Positions 1-11,167 are shown, counted from the first letter of the whole stretch. The stretch is 63,698 nt of DNA, filler included, from Octopus bimaculoides (GCF_001194135.2; 9 parts of 8 records of this genome joined end to end with filler, not necessarily neighbours in it), one strand, 5' to 3'. The notes: a model not told the origin generated them from the sequence alone. Numbers and translations are program-made.

Positions 1-42
<42 letters not shown>

Positions 43-419
43 ATACATACAATTAGAATGTATACTTTTCACGTTCATATTTGAATTTTTTGCGTTACAA
101 TAAATTTTCTCTCTTTTTATTCATTCTCGAATTTGATGGACATATAGCGGTACGTAAGCCGACTCAAGAAATCTCTAATGAGACTTTTTATTGATGTACT
201 CGAAGAGACCGACATTGGGTCGAAACATGTGCTGTACCCAATAAAGTCTATTGTACATTCAATCTCTTATCTTATTAATACTGTTACCCCCAACCACTAC
301 TACGATGTTCCTGGAATAAATCTACGGATAACAACAAGTAATCGAAACTGTGCCGGTGCTTCACTCGTCATCCATTTATACATTTTGTATAATTTCTCCA
401 TTTTATATATATATATAGA

Positions 420-889
420 CAGGGTGATTGAAAAGTAACTGAGAGGAAAGGTTTTAGTATGAGGTTTTATTTAAAATTTGATATGGGCTCCAGATGTCAC
501 CACCAGCTTCTTGGGTCGCCCAGGAACTGCATCAACTGATTTCACCAGGAACTTTTGTGGAACGGAAGACATAACTTCTCATATTCGCTTTTCAAGTTCT
601 TCCAAAGTCTTTGCCTTGGTGCAGTAGACTTGTTCTTTTAACCAACCCCAAAGACAAAAATCACAGGGTGTTAAGTTGGGACTCCGGGCTGGCCACACGT
701 GTATACTACAATGACCCATCCACCTCCTGGGGAAGTGGGCATTCAGCCAGTCACGAACAAGAACGTTACGGTTACAGATTAAATTCTCATACTTCAAAAA
801 AACAAACACAAAAAAAATTGAGAAAAAATTGCAATTAATAAATAATTTATAAGTATGGTAAAATATGGAGTTACTTTTCAATCACCCTG
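420..889 (-). mobile_element. Internally deleted Tc1/mariner-superfamily DNA transposon with 21-bp perfect TIRs
   Basis: CAGGGTGATTGAAAAGTAACT (420-440) and its exact reverse complement (869-889). Minus-strand ORF 579-881 encodes WPARSPNLTPCDFCLWGWLKEQVY, matching the WPxxSPDL(T/N)PxD motif of the DDE/D catalytic C-terminus. Confidence 0.85.
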
Positions 890-2305
890 GGAATAAAAAT
901 CAGACTTTCCCATGAAAAAGAGAAGCCAGGGTGGCGGAAAATATTAAAAGAAACCCTAAAGCCTTCTACAAGTTCGCAAAAGAGTTTGCCTCAATGCGAT
1001 ACAGGATAGGGCTACTGTTTGATGAAAAAGGCTCACTGACTGCGGACCCCAAGAGGATAAGTTAAGCACTCAATAAACAATTCCAAAGTGTTTTCACCTT
1101 CCCACAAGAAAACATGAAAATAAGCAGACCTGGTGAGTTCTTCAACACCTCTAACCTACAAGAGAAAAAGGCGACCATCGATAACATTGACATTACAGAA
1201 AAGGCCATTGATGAGATAAACCCAAACTCTGCAACAAGCCCCGATGGACTCCCAGCAATTCTGTTAAAAACATGCAAGAGAGCTAAGGCAAAACCACTGC
1301 AAATGCTTTTCCAGAGTTCCCTTGAATGCGGTACATTTCTTCAAACGTTAAAAAAAGGAATAATCTGCCCTGTCCACAAAGGAGGAAGCAGAGAAGACGC
1401 TATAAACTACAGACCCATCTCTCTGACTTCGTATGTCAAGCAAGATCATGGAACGCATTGTCAGAAAAAGACTGACCAAGTTCCTAGAAGAAAATGATTT
1501 GCTTACAGACACGCAACATGGTTCCGTCCTGGAAGAATCTGCCTAACACAGCTCCTACAGCACTTCGACTGGATACTAAAGCAACGGCTCAACCATTCAA
1601 ATGTAGATGTGATATATCTCGACTTTGCCAATGCCTTTGACAATGTCGATCATGGGATATGTCACAAATTGCGTAACCATGGTAAAGTTGGGAGACTGGG
1701 AGAGTGGCTGTATGATTTCCTGAAGGGCAGAAGTCAGGCTGTCACCGCAAATGGTGCTCTCTCTGAAGTGGAACCAATCCTCTGTGGTGTCCACCAGGGA
1801 ACAGTGCTGGGACCACTACTGTTTGTGGTTGCCCTCAGCCATTGAGTCGGCCACACTCACCAGCTGCGCCGATGATACGAAAGTATCGCAGGCGGTCAAG
1901 GATCCTACTGACATCCTAAGACTGCAGAATGACCTGAATGCAATATATAAATGGGCCGATGAGAATAATATGCAGTTCAATGGCGCAAAATTTCAAGCAC
2001 TCTGCTATCAGCCCACAAACAAACTACAGCTGAAATACATGGGACCAGCAGGCAATGTAATCCCAGAGTTGTAGTCCTAGTTAGAGTCGGTGCGTGACCT
2101 GGGAATCCACATGAGCAACGACGCACCTTTCCATGTGCACATTGCTCAGAAAGCAACACTATGCAGAGGGGTGGCAGGTTGGATCCTTAGATCCTTCAGG
2201 ACCAGGAACAGAGATACAATGCTTCTTCTTTGAAAAACTTTTGTCCTCAATCGTCTGGACTACTGCTCCCAACTGTGGTCCCAACAGAGTGTAAAACTAA
2301 TATAT
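890..2305 (+). mobile_element. Decayed CR1/L2-group LINE ORF2 (reverse transcriptase) fragment
   Basis: Frameshifted pieces: IKRNPKAFYKFAK, NYRPISLTS, YLDFANAFDNVDH, GVHQGTVLGPLLF, CADDTK (YADD), LQNDLNAIYKWADENNMQFN, LDYCSQLWS. Confidence 0.85.
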
Positions 2306-3166
2306 ACAGTTTGAAAGAATATTTCTAACAAAAAATTTAACAAAAAATCCGATTTACACAAATTCGCCTGCATCAACTCAGATAGTTAAACAAGGTATGT
2401 CATCCAACTGAACAGGATTACCATTATATTTCCCCATTTTTAGGATATTGGATATTTTATCTTCTTAAAACCATTTAAAACAATACAATTTCAAGATATA
2501 TTCACAACAAGACATCAATGATAGTGTTAATACTTATTCTAAACCGAACTGAAACAATATTTTGAAAAATAAAACTTCTGTTCATTTTATACATGTTCTA
2601 GCAGATTCGAACGTGAATATTTGATCGCTGTTGTTTTTCGCTTTAGGGTAATATGTTCCCCCTTTCGATAATGAGTGTTCCATGCGATCCACCGGTGTAA
2701 ATTGACTTTGAAATACTGCGATGTTTTAGCATTGTTCTTTGTCTCCCCAGTCAAATTTAACCCCGCCGTAACGATGCATTCAACTGTTGTTTATAAAAAC
2801 CTGAAAATTTTATCAAGCTTTCTCTCATATTTTCGGACGAGGTCCCTTCAGTTGGTTTAGAATAATAGACAGCATTTACCTTGTTAGCTGTATCTTCAAT
2901 AAAGAGATGACAACCACCAGTATCACTGTATCCTGAAGATTAGACCACGTTGATTTAGAAGCTTTCCTAAAGTTAGGAACGTTACTGTTTCGAAAGAATT
3001 GTTAAAAACTCAAAGAAAGATGTGGAAAGTCCTTGAGATAAATGATAAAACTGAAATATAATTGTGTTTTACTAATTATATATTTCCTTCAAATGTAATC
3101 ACATGGGGATTGTTGGAGGTTTGTTTCCTCCTACTTCCTTTTCTCTAGGACTATCTTCCGTCTCCT

Positions 3167-3201
3167 GTTTCTGATGAAGAGCTTTGCTCGAAACGTTAAA
3201 C
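3167..3201 (+). ncRNA. Putative minimal type I hammerhead ribozyme (Penelope pLTR/retrozyme-like)
   Basis: GTTT-CTGATGA-A-GAGC-TTT-GCTC-GAAAC-GTT-AAAC. Core CUGAUGA/GAAA, stem II GAGC:GCTC, stem I GTTT:AAAC, palindromic ACGT stem III, NUH triplet GUU. Confidence 0.6.
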
Positions 3202-3305
3202 CATCTTTCTTCCTTTCCATGAGCGTCTGCTAATACTTAGCATGTACCACGTCTTCGGGTTGTTGTTTTTCTCTTGTGTTTGTTCTTCGTTTTTTTTATT
3301 TACTA

Positions 3306-3405
3306 NNNNNNNNNNNNNNNNNNNNNNNNNNNNNNNNNNNNNNNNNNNNTTAATTAATTAANNNNNNNNNNNNNNNNNNNNNNNNNNNNNNNNNNNNNNN
3401 NNNNN
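3306..3405. other. Scaffold gap with an artificial six-frame-stop linker (one of 8 such gaps)
   Basis: An identical TTAATTAATTAA is centred in N-runs at 3350, 30195, 36118, 40975, 47205, 51531, 57855 and 60684. Confidence 0.95.
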
Positions 3406-3662
3406 TGAACACTCAATATTTCATCTACATTCAATACTTTCTTTCATGGTGCCATCCATTTTTATTTTATTTTATTTTATATTGTATATTGTATATCATA
3501 TTATATATTGTATATTCCATATTCTATACCCCACATTAGTTCTGCAGGAATATAAATAAAACATAAAAAACAGACAGTGTTGGAACTCTTTTAAGCAAAA
3601 TAATATATTCCTCTATACACAATCATACAAAAAACCCCACCTTTTTTGTATTTATTTTTACT

Positions 3663-3696
<34 letters not shown>

Positions 3697-3698
<2 letters not shown>

Positions 3699-5240
3699 TT
3701 GTCCCTGAGAGCTCCTCTATGCTGATGACCTTGCTCTTATAGCTGAATCACAACCTCAGCCAGAGAAGTTCCAGGTATGGAAACAAGGTCTAGAATCAAA
3801 AGGTCTCAGAGTTAACCCAGCAGAAATTAAAGTCATAGCAAGTAAGAAGGCAGACAAATCATAAATCCCCTCAGGTAGATGGCCCTGCTTGATCTGTAGA
3901 AAAGCTGTAGTTAGAAACTCCATAAGATGCACCCAGTGTAAGCTTTGGACACACAAAAGGAGCAGCAACATCAAAGGAAGGTTTACAGAGAAACTAATCT
4001 TTGTATGTGGAAGGTGCACAGGCGTAATAAATGCTGAACATGTGCAGAAAATAGATTCCATCAACTGCCAGTGGGACAAGCTAGAAGTAGTAGATAGCTT
4101 GAGTATCTAAGCAACCAGGTTAGTAGTGGAGGTGGTTGTTCCGAGAGCATAGCTGTGAGAATAAGATTAGGCTGGGCAAAGTTCAGAGAGTTCCTACCCC
4201 TGCTGGCAACAAAGGGCCTCTCTCTCAGAGTGAAAAGCAGATTATTTGATGCCTGTGTGTGAACAGCTATGCTGCATGGCAGTGAAACATGGGCTATGAC
4301 AACTGAGGACATGCATAAGCTTGAGAGAAATGAAGCCAGTATGCTTTGCTGGATGTGCAATGTCAGTGTGCATGTTTGACAGAGTGTAAGCATCTTGGGA
4401 GAAAAGTTAGGCATAAAAGAAATTAGATGTAGTGTGGAAGAGAGATGACTGAACTGATATGGTCTTGTGATGTGTATGGACAAGGACAGTTGTGTAAAGA
4501 AATGCCAATCTCTAACTGTGGAAAGGACCTGTGGTAGGGGTAGACCCAGGAAGTCATGACCTTTGAACTTCGAACCTGACAGAGGCCATGACTAGTGACT
4601 GAGACCTTTGGCGATATGCTCATCAACCTTTGGATGTTGGGCCTAATGGAGGCAAAGTGACTGAATTCCTTTCGAGCATTGGGCCTCATGGAAGCAAAGT
4701 GGCTGAGTTCCTTTTGAGTGTTGGGCTTCACAGAGGTGAGGTGGCTGAGTGCCTTTCGAGCAGGCCTCACAGAGGCAAGGTGGCTGAGTTCCTTTTGAGT
4801 GTTGGGCCTCATGGAGGCAAAGTGGCCAAGCTCCTGTGCCCATGGAAGCAAAGTAGATGAGTTCCTTTCAAGTGTTGGGCCTAACAGAGGTGAGGTGGCT
4901 GAGTACCTTTTGAACAGGCTTCACGGAGGCGAAGTGGCTGAGTTCCTTTCGAGGGTTGGGCCTCATGGAGGCAATGCCCAAGACCTTTGGCATTATGTCC
5001 TGCTTGAGATGAAGACCCATCAAACTGAGCAATATCACAGTCATGGCAGATATCAATATCATGAAAATGGCACATAAAAGCACCCACTACACTCTTGGAA
5101 TGGTTGGCATTAGGAAGGGCATCCAGCCATAGAAAACCATGCCAAATCAGACTGGATCCTGGCACAGCCTTCTAGCATGCCAGCCCAGTCAAACCATCCA
5201 ACCCATACCAGCATGGACAATGGACATATGATGATGTATG
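3697..5240 (+). mobile_element. 5'-truncated RTE-clade LINE (RT C-terminus, Cys/His zinc-finger-like segment, 3' UTR with (GAT)n tail)
   Basis: ELLYADDLALIAES, QVWKQGLESKGLRVN, C..ICRKAV.RNSIRCTQCKLWTHKRS...FVCGRC, RIRLGWAKFRE, GRGRPRKS. The 3' end GGAAGGGCATCCAGC...CCAACCCATACCAGCATGGA...GATGATG is shared with other copies in the window. Confidence 0.85.
4630..4980. repeat. Minisatellite, ~39-42 bp unit, ~9 copies
   Basis: Unit GTTGGGCCTCATGGAGGCAAAGTGGCTGAGTTCCTTTTGAGT recurring at 4636, 4678, 4720, 4801, 4875, 4955. Confidence 0.9.
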
Positions 5241-5275
5241 TGTGTATGATGTAAAGGCAACTCTAGTGTAATAAA

Positions 5276-5485
5276 TATTATTAAATACATATACTAATGT
5301 ATATGCTTTGCGTATTTTCCAGTGGCTGCAATAGTGTAGCAGAGTATATAAACTCGCATGTCGCTGGTTAAAACACCATGACTAAGATGGTTTAACACTG
5401 GTGACATGAGAGTTTATACACTCTGCGATACCATTGCAGCCAATGGAAACTACACAAAGCATTAGTATATGTATTTAATAAAATA
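5276..5485. repeat. Long imperfect palindrome (fold-back/MITE-like), ~100 bp arms
   Basis: TATTAAATACATATACTAATG...GGCTGCAATAGTGTAGCAGAGTATATAAACTC...CACCAT pairs with ATGG...GAGTTTATACACTCTGCGATACCATTGCAGCC...CATTAGTATATGTATTTAATA around a loop of about 7 nt. Confidence 0.85.
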
Positions 5486-5655
5486 CAGGCAATCAACTTT
5501 TTTCAATTTTGCCAAAGCAAAATATTGTTATATTTTGGATCCTGTGTTGCATATGTAAAGGAAACACAATTATGACACTACCACATTTATTCAATATGAC
5601 CACCTCTGTCTAGGTGCGAATGCTTCACACATGACACGCAGCTGTTCTTGCAGAA

Positions 5656-6170
5656 TCAAAGCCCGTTCCTGGCACATTCCTGGGGCAGTTTTGTCTTCAG
5701 AGCATCAAGACTCTCATCTCCAAAATGGACCAAACAAAAATCCAGCAGGTTGAGATTGGGGTTTTTTGAGGGCCATACATTCTTGCCTATGAACGATGGA
5801 ATGCTTTTCTGAATCCAGTGTTGTGTGTTTTGAGCTGTGGGATGGTACACCTTGGAGCCTCCAAGGTATGCCTTGAAAGTGCTCATTTGCTCATGAAAGC
5901 AGTNNNNNNNNNNNNNNNNNNNNNNNNNNNNNNNNNNNNNNNNNNNNNNNNNNNNGTTAAAATTAAAACCCAGTGATACATAAGCAATATTCTGGAAACA
6001 GAAACGTGGGGGACCTTCCAGTGGCTGTCACAGCCACCCAAACCATAACTGACTGTGGATTTTGACGCTGATTTGCAAGTCTACCCTCGACAAAGCCAAA
6101 TACATTCCAAAGTTGGCTATTCTGGTGGTTTACTGTTCTAGAAATTTCATTTGTATGAACCAAATAGAGG
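5656..6170 (-). mobile_element. Tc1/mariner-superfamily transposase remnant (spans a gap)
   Basis: QNPQSVMVWVAVTATGRSP and PSFIGKNVWPSKNPNLNLLDFC motifs on the minus strand. Confidence 0.7.
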
Positions 6171-6317
6171 CCTACTGGTGTGTATAAAGTAAAAATTAAA
6201 ATATATTTGATGGTTCAGTAGGAGAAACAAGATGGGATTACAATGACAGAGGCATTTTCAGGGATTATTATGTAAGTTTAAGACAATAACATTTGTAGAA
6301 AATTTCTATATGTGGTT

Positions 6318-6480
6318 GTGGCTGTGTGGTAAGAAGCTTGCTTCCCAATCTCATGGCTCTGGGTTCAGTCCCACTGCATGGCACCTTGAGCAAGTGACTT
6401 CTTCTATAACCTTGGCTCAAACAAAGCCTTGTGAGTGGATTTGGTAGATGGAAACTAAAAAATGTCTGTCATATATACAT
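6318..6480 (+). mobile_element. tRNA-derived SINE, family A
   Basis: GGCTGTGTGGTAAGAAGCTTGCTTCCC...GGGTTCAGTCCCACTGC...AAAGCCTTGTGAGTGGATTTGGTAGATGGAAACT. A/B-box-like head; many copies in the window. Confidence 0.8.
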
Positions 6481-7179
6481 AAATATATATGTCTGTTTGT
6501 CCTTCACCATGGCTTGACAACTGGTGTTGGTGTGTTTACATCCCTGTGATTCAGCAGTTCAGCAAAAGAGTCTGATGGAATAAATACCAGGTTTTAAAAT
6601 GACTAAAAATTCTTTGAGGTGATGTCCCAGCATGGCCACACACTGAAATGAGTAAAAGATAAAAAATTGTCTTGCAGAAAAGGTTGGGGGACTATGCAAG
6701 AGTGACAATGGGGGTATGAAGGTAAAGTAGAGGAGTATACAACATAGTGACTAAAGTGAAATAGGTGCGGTGTGGCTGTGTGGTAAAAGCTTTGTGTGTG
6801 GATATGGTAGATGGAAACTGAAAGAAGCCCGTCATGTATGTATGTATGTGTCTTATTATTTGTGTTTGTCCTGCTGGGAGGACAGCGTGCGATGGAAGGA
6901 CAGGTTGAAAAAGATGGATGCTTGACTGCAGTTAAAGAGAGATGAAAGGGACAGGTGGAGGAGGAAATAAAAGTAGTAAGAGAGATAAAGGTGAAGAAAT
7001 AAAAGTAAGGATTGGTGGTACACACTGAGGAGAAAGTGAGGGGAAACAGAGATGAAAAAGAGTAGTGAGTAAAGAAGAAGGGAGATTAAAGAGAATGAAG
7101 GGGAATGTGTTAAGGAAACGTTATGAAAGGGGAGGGCTAAACGTATTCCAAATGGTCCAAACCAGTTTGAATTGGTATA

Positions 7180-8160
7180 ATCCAATTCAAACTGGTTTAT
7201 AACAGTCCAAGCCAGCTGATCTCGATCAGCTTGGCCTGGAATAACCTGCTTCTATCTGGTGTAGCAGACCTGGACAGGATCGCACAGAATATACAAGCAC
7301 TAACATTCCTCCTGGATCAGCTTAAACCAGCTTGGACTGGCAAACTGAGATTGGCATAGCTTGCCCCGAACTGGTGTAGCTCAGCTTCATCTAGATCTAA
7401 CAGTATAGACCAGCTTTAGATGTGCCTGGACTGGCTCAGCTAACATCAGCCTTAATAGGCAAATCAAGGTTGGCAGAGCCTACTCATGTAGCTCAATAGG
7501 TCTAGATCTGGCTAGATAGAACAGCAATAAATTCGACTGGTCTGACTCAGCTTCAATTAGCTTGAACTGGGACACAGAGGTGGTCAGAACCTGTTTTGAT
7601 CTCATGTAGCTCAGCCTGGTCTAGATATGCCTGGATAGACACCAGTAGATTTGCTTGGCCTGGGTCAGCTGAAATCAGCTTGGACTGGTAAACCGAGGTT
7701 GGCTGAGCCTCCTTTGATCTTGTGTAGCTCAGCCTTGACTAGATCTGCCCAGATAGACCTGCCATGGCCTGGATCAGATGAAATCACCTTGGATAGGCAA
7801 GCCAAGGTTGGCAGATCCTGATTCAATCTGGTTTAACTCACCTTGGTCTGGATATTCCTGCATAAATCTGTAATAGATTAGCCAGGCTCAGGTGAAATCA
7901 GCTTGGACTGGCAAACTGAGGTTGGCAGAGCCTGCTTCAGTCTGGTGCCTGGTCTGGATCTGCCTAGATGCACCAGCAATAGTCTGGCCTGACTTAGCTC
8001 AGATCAGCTTTGAATGGTAAACCAAGGTTGGCAAAGCCTGCTTCCATCTGGTGTAGTTCGGCCTGGTCTGGTGAAATCACCTTGGACAGGCAAACCAAGG
8101 TTGACAGAGCCTGATTCGATCTGATTTAACTCATCTTGGGCTGGATATGTGTGCATAGAG
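7180..8160. repeat. Degenerate minisatellite, ~110-120 bp unit, ~8 copies
   Basis: CAGCTTGGACTGGCAAACTGAGGTTGGCAGAGCC...GTAGCTCAGCC..GTCTAGAT recurs near 7328, 7447, 7558, 7677, 7785, 7898, 8005, 8078. Confidence 0.85.
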
Positions 8161-8204
8161 CTGTATGCAACAACATTGGAATAATAATAGTCTTTTCTAC
8201 TCCA

Positions 8205-8585
8205 AGTACAAAGCTTGAATGAGTGGGGAGGAGGCTAGTTGAATACATCAACCCCATTGCTTAACTATTTCATTGAACCTGAAAGGATAAAAAGCAAAGT
8301 TAGCGTTGGAAGAATTTGAACTCAGAATGTAAAACCAGAAGTAATGCTGCTAAGCATTTTTGCTGACACACTAAGAATTCTGCCAGATCACCACCCTAAT
8401 AATAATAATTCTTTCTAATTTTGGCACAAGGCCAGTAATTGTTTTGGAAAGGGGACAAGTTAATTACAGTGACTCCAGTGATTGACTGGTGCTTTACTTT
8501 ACGGACACCCAAAAAGATAAAAGACAAAGTCGACCTTGGCAGCATTTGAACTCATAATATAAAGATTTGGAAGAATTCCCACAAA
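8205..8585 (-). mobile_element. Two tandem copies of SINE family B (reverse orientation)
   Basis: Reverse complement of GTTCTGAGTTCAAATT...ACTTTGCCTTTCATCCTT...GGTCGAT, twice. Confidence 0.7.
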
Positions 8586-9344
8586 GTATTTTGACTAATG
8601 CCAACTAATAATAAAACAAATAACAACAACAAAAATAAAACTGAATCGGAAAGATTTTGAGTATTTTATTCATTTTCTAAAGAAGAGGATTGTTAAATTA
8701 TTAGTATCCATATGAAGTGTTGATAACATTGTTTTTAAACATTTTCCAGAACTAATGTTTGTAATCATCTTACCCATTATTATAACTGCTTGCTTCCATT
8801 TCCACAGACAATAACAATGTTATCAGAGAAACAAAAAGATCATTATACAAAATCATAGATACAAGATCATTATACAAAACACATGATAATGGCTTTTAGT
8901 TTTTCTTTCAAGAAGGGGGAAGTATCATATTAACATTTTCTTATAATGGGATTTAAGTAAATACTCAACACTAAATTCTTTCCTGTCTTCTTTTCATGAG
9001 TTATCATGAGGGATTTTGTCTTTACATTTTTTTGTTTGTTTCTAAAATTTGTTCATTTGCATGTTTTCAGACAACTCTTTTTATGATTCCGTTTTTATTT
9101 GCTTGTTTTATTTTATTTTTATTTATTTATTTATTTATTTATATTAGAAACTGATTTTTTTTCAATAGGATTCACTTCTTCCTGTTGATCACTCACTCAA
9201 AATATCAACTTGTAACCAAAGATAAAACAAATACAGCCAAATCCAATTACTGAGTACAAACAAAGTCCCTCATTGCCAACAGGTCTGTTTTATTTTTCTA
9301 TTTGATTAGTTAAAAAGTTACTGCCATACCTTCATATACGTACA

Positions 9345-9470
9345 GGTGTAGCTGTGTGCTAAGCAGTTTGCTTCCTAACCTTGTGCAAGTGTTTTCTACC
9401 ACAGCATCAGGCTGACCAAAGCCTTGTGAGTGGATTTGGTAGATGTAAACCTGAAAGAAGCCTATCATCT
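9345..9470 (+). mobile_element. SINE family A copy (internally deleted) at the left edge of the satellite block
   Basis: GTAGCTGTGTGCTAAGCAGTTTGCTTCC...GACCAAAGCCTTGTGAGTGGATTTGGTAGATGTAAACCTGAAAGAAGCC. Confidence 0.75.
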
Positions 9471-9714
9471 CTCTCTCCCTTTCTATAGGGTTAGGGTTAG
9501 GGTTGCTCAAAATTTTCATCAAATATTTTGCTTAAAATTTTCATCAAAAATTTTGCTCAAAACTTTTCAGCAAAATTTTCACAAAATTTTTCATCAAAAA
9601 TTTTGCTCAAAATTTTCCATCAAAAATTTTGCTCAAAATTTTCATCAAAATTTTCATCAAAAATTTTACTCAAAAATTCTCAGCAAAATTTTGATGAGGT
9701 TTCCCCATATGTGA

Positions 9715-10780
9715 TGCTTATGAGGTGCCACCCTCGTAAGTGTGCCATAGGGCTGCCCATATGTGCCGTCCTGGATGTGCCACCCTGCTAAGTGTGCCAT
9801 AGAGCTCCCCATTTGTGCCGCCCAGGATGTGCCACCCANNNNNNNNNNNNNNNNNNNNNNNNNNNNNNNNNNNNNNNNNNNNNNNNNNNNNNNNNNNNNN
9901 NNNNNNNNNNNNNNNNNNNNNNNNNNNNNNNNNNNNNNCCATATGTGCCGCCCAGGATGTGCCACCCTCGTAAGTGTGCCATAGGTCTGCCCATGTGCCG
10001 CTTATGATGTGCCACCCTTGTAATTGTGCCATAGGGCAACCCATATGTGCCGCCCTGGATGTGTCTCCCTCGTAAGTGTGCCATAGGCCTCCCCATATGT
10101 GCCGCCATGGATTTGCCACCCTCGTAAGTGTGTCATAGGGCTCCCCATATGTGCCGCCAACGATGTGCCACCCTCGTAAGTGTGCCACTAGGGTTAGGGT
10201 TGTGTAGCCAACGATGTGCCACCAACGATGTGTCACCCCAGTAAGTGTACCATAGCGCACCCCGCATGTGCCGCCAAGGGTCAAGGGTCAGTAGCTAGCT
10301 ACTGGTAAAGATTAGGGCGACAAGGGTGTGCCATACGGCACCCTAAATGTGCCACACTCGTGTGTCATAGGGCTCCCCATATTTGCCGCCAACGATGTGC
10401 CACCCTCGTAAGTGTGCTATTAGGGTTAGGTTTAGGGTAAGGGTTGTGCCGCCAACGATGTGCCGCTAACGATGTGTCACCCTCGTAAGTGTACCATAGG
10501 GCTCCGCATATGTGCCGCCAAAGTGTCAGTAGCTAGCTACTGGTAAAGATCAGGGGGAAAGGGTGTGCCATAGGGCACCCTATATGTGCCACCCTCGTAA
10601 GTGTGCCATAGGGCTCCCCATATCTGACGGCAAGTATTGCTACCCTAGTAAGTGTGCCTTAGGGCTCCCCATATGTGCCGCCAAAGATGTGCCACCCTCG
10701 TAAGTGTACCATAGGGCTCCCCATATGTGCCGCCAAGGCTCAAGTGTCAGTAGCTAGCTACTGGTAAAGATCAGGGGGGC
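9715..10780. repeat. 52-bp GC-rich minisatellite block 1
   Basis: Unit GTGTGCCATAGGGCTCCCCATATGTGCCGCCCAGGATGTGCCACCCTCGTAA with period 52 (9738 to 9790). Further blocks at ~11846-12505, ~13573-14213 and ~14971-15100. Confidence 0.9.
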
Positions 10781-10937
10781 TAGGTAGGGTTAGTGTTAGG
10801 GTCAGGGTTAATGTTATGGTTAGGGTTAGGGCTAGGGTTAGGGTTAGGGTTAATGTTAGGGCTAGGGTTAGAGCTAGGGTTAGGGCTAGGATTAGGGTTA
10901 GGGTTAGAGCTAGGGTTAGGGTTAATGTTAGGGTTAG
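10781..10937 (+). repeat. Variant telomeric repeat array (TTAGGG)n
   Basis: GGGTTA mixed with GGGCTA, TGTTA and GGATTA variants. Further arrays at 12506-13017 (gapped) and 14214-14540. Confidence 0.9.
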
Positions 10938-11167
10938 TCTCTGACCTTTGACGCTTTTCCCATTACCGTTTTTGATGAAAATTTTAATATAGATATTTGA
11001 TGATAATTTTTCGATGAAAATTTTTGATTTTAGAGGGTGGCATTACAAAGGGTGGCATTTCCTTGGTGGCACATCTAGAGAGCCCTATGGCACAGCTAGA
11101 GGGTGGAACTTCCGAGGGTGGCACATCCTGGGTGGCACATCCTGGGTAGCACCTATGTGGAGCCCTC

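Noticed and set aside
196-237. Hammerhead-like remnant (TCGAAGA-GACC...GGTC-GAAACATGTG)
   Set aside because: The core and cleavage triplet (GUG) are non-canonical; at most a decayed pLTR.
3350-3361. TTAATTAATTAA motif recurring 8 times
   Set aside because: Always centred in N-runs and gives stops in all frames; it is an assembly linker, not biology.
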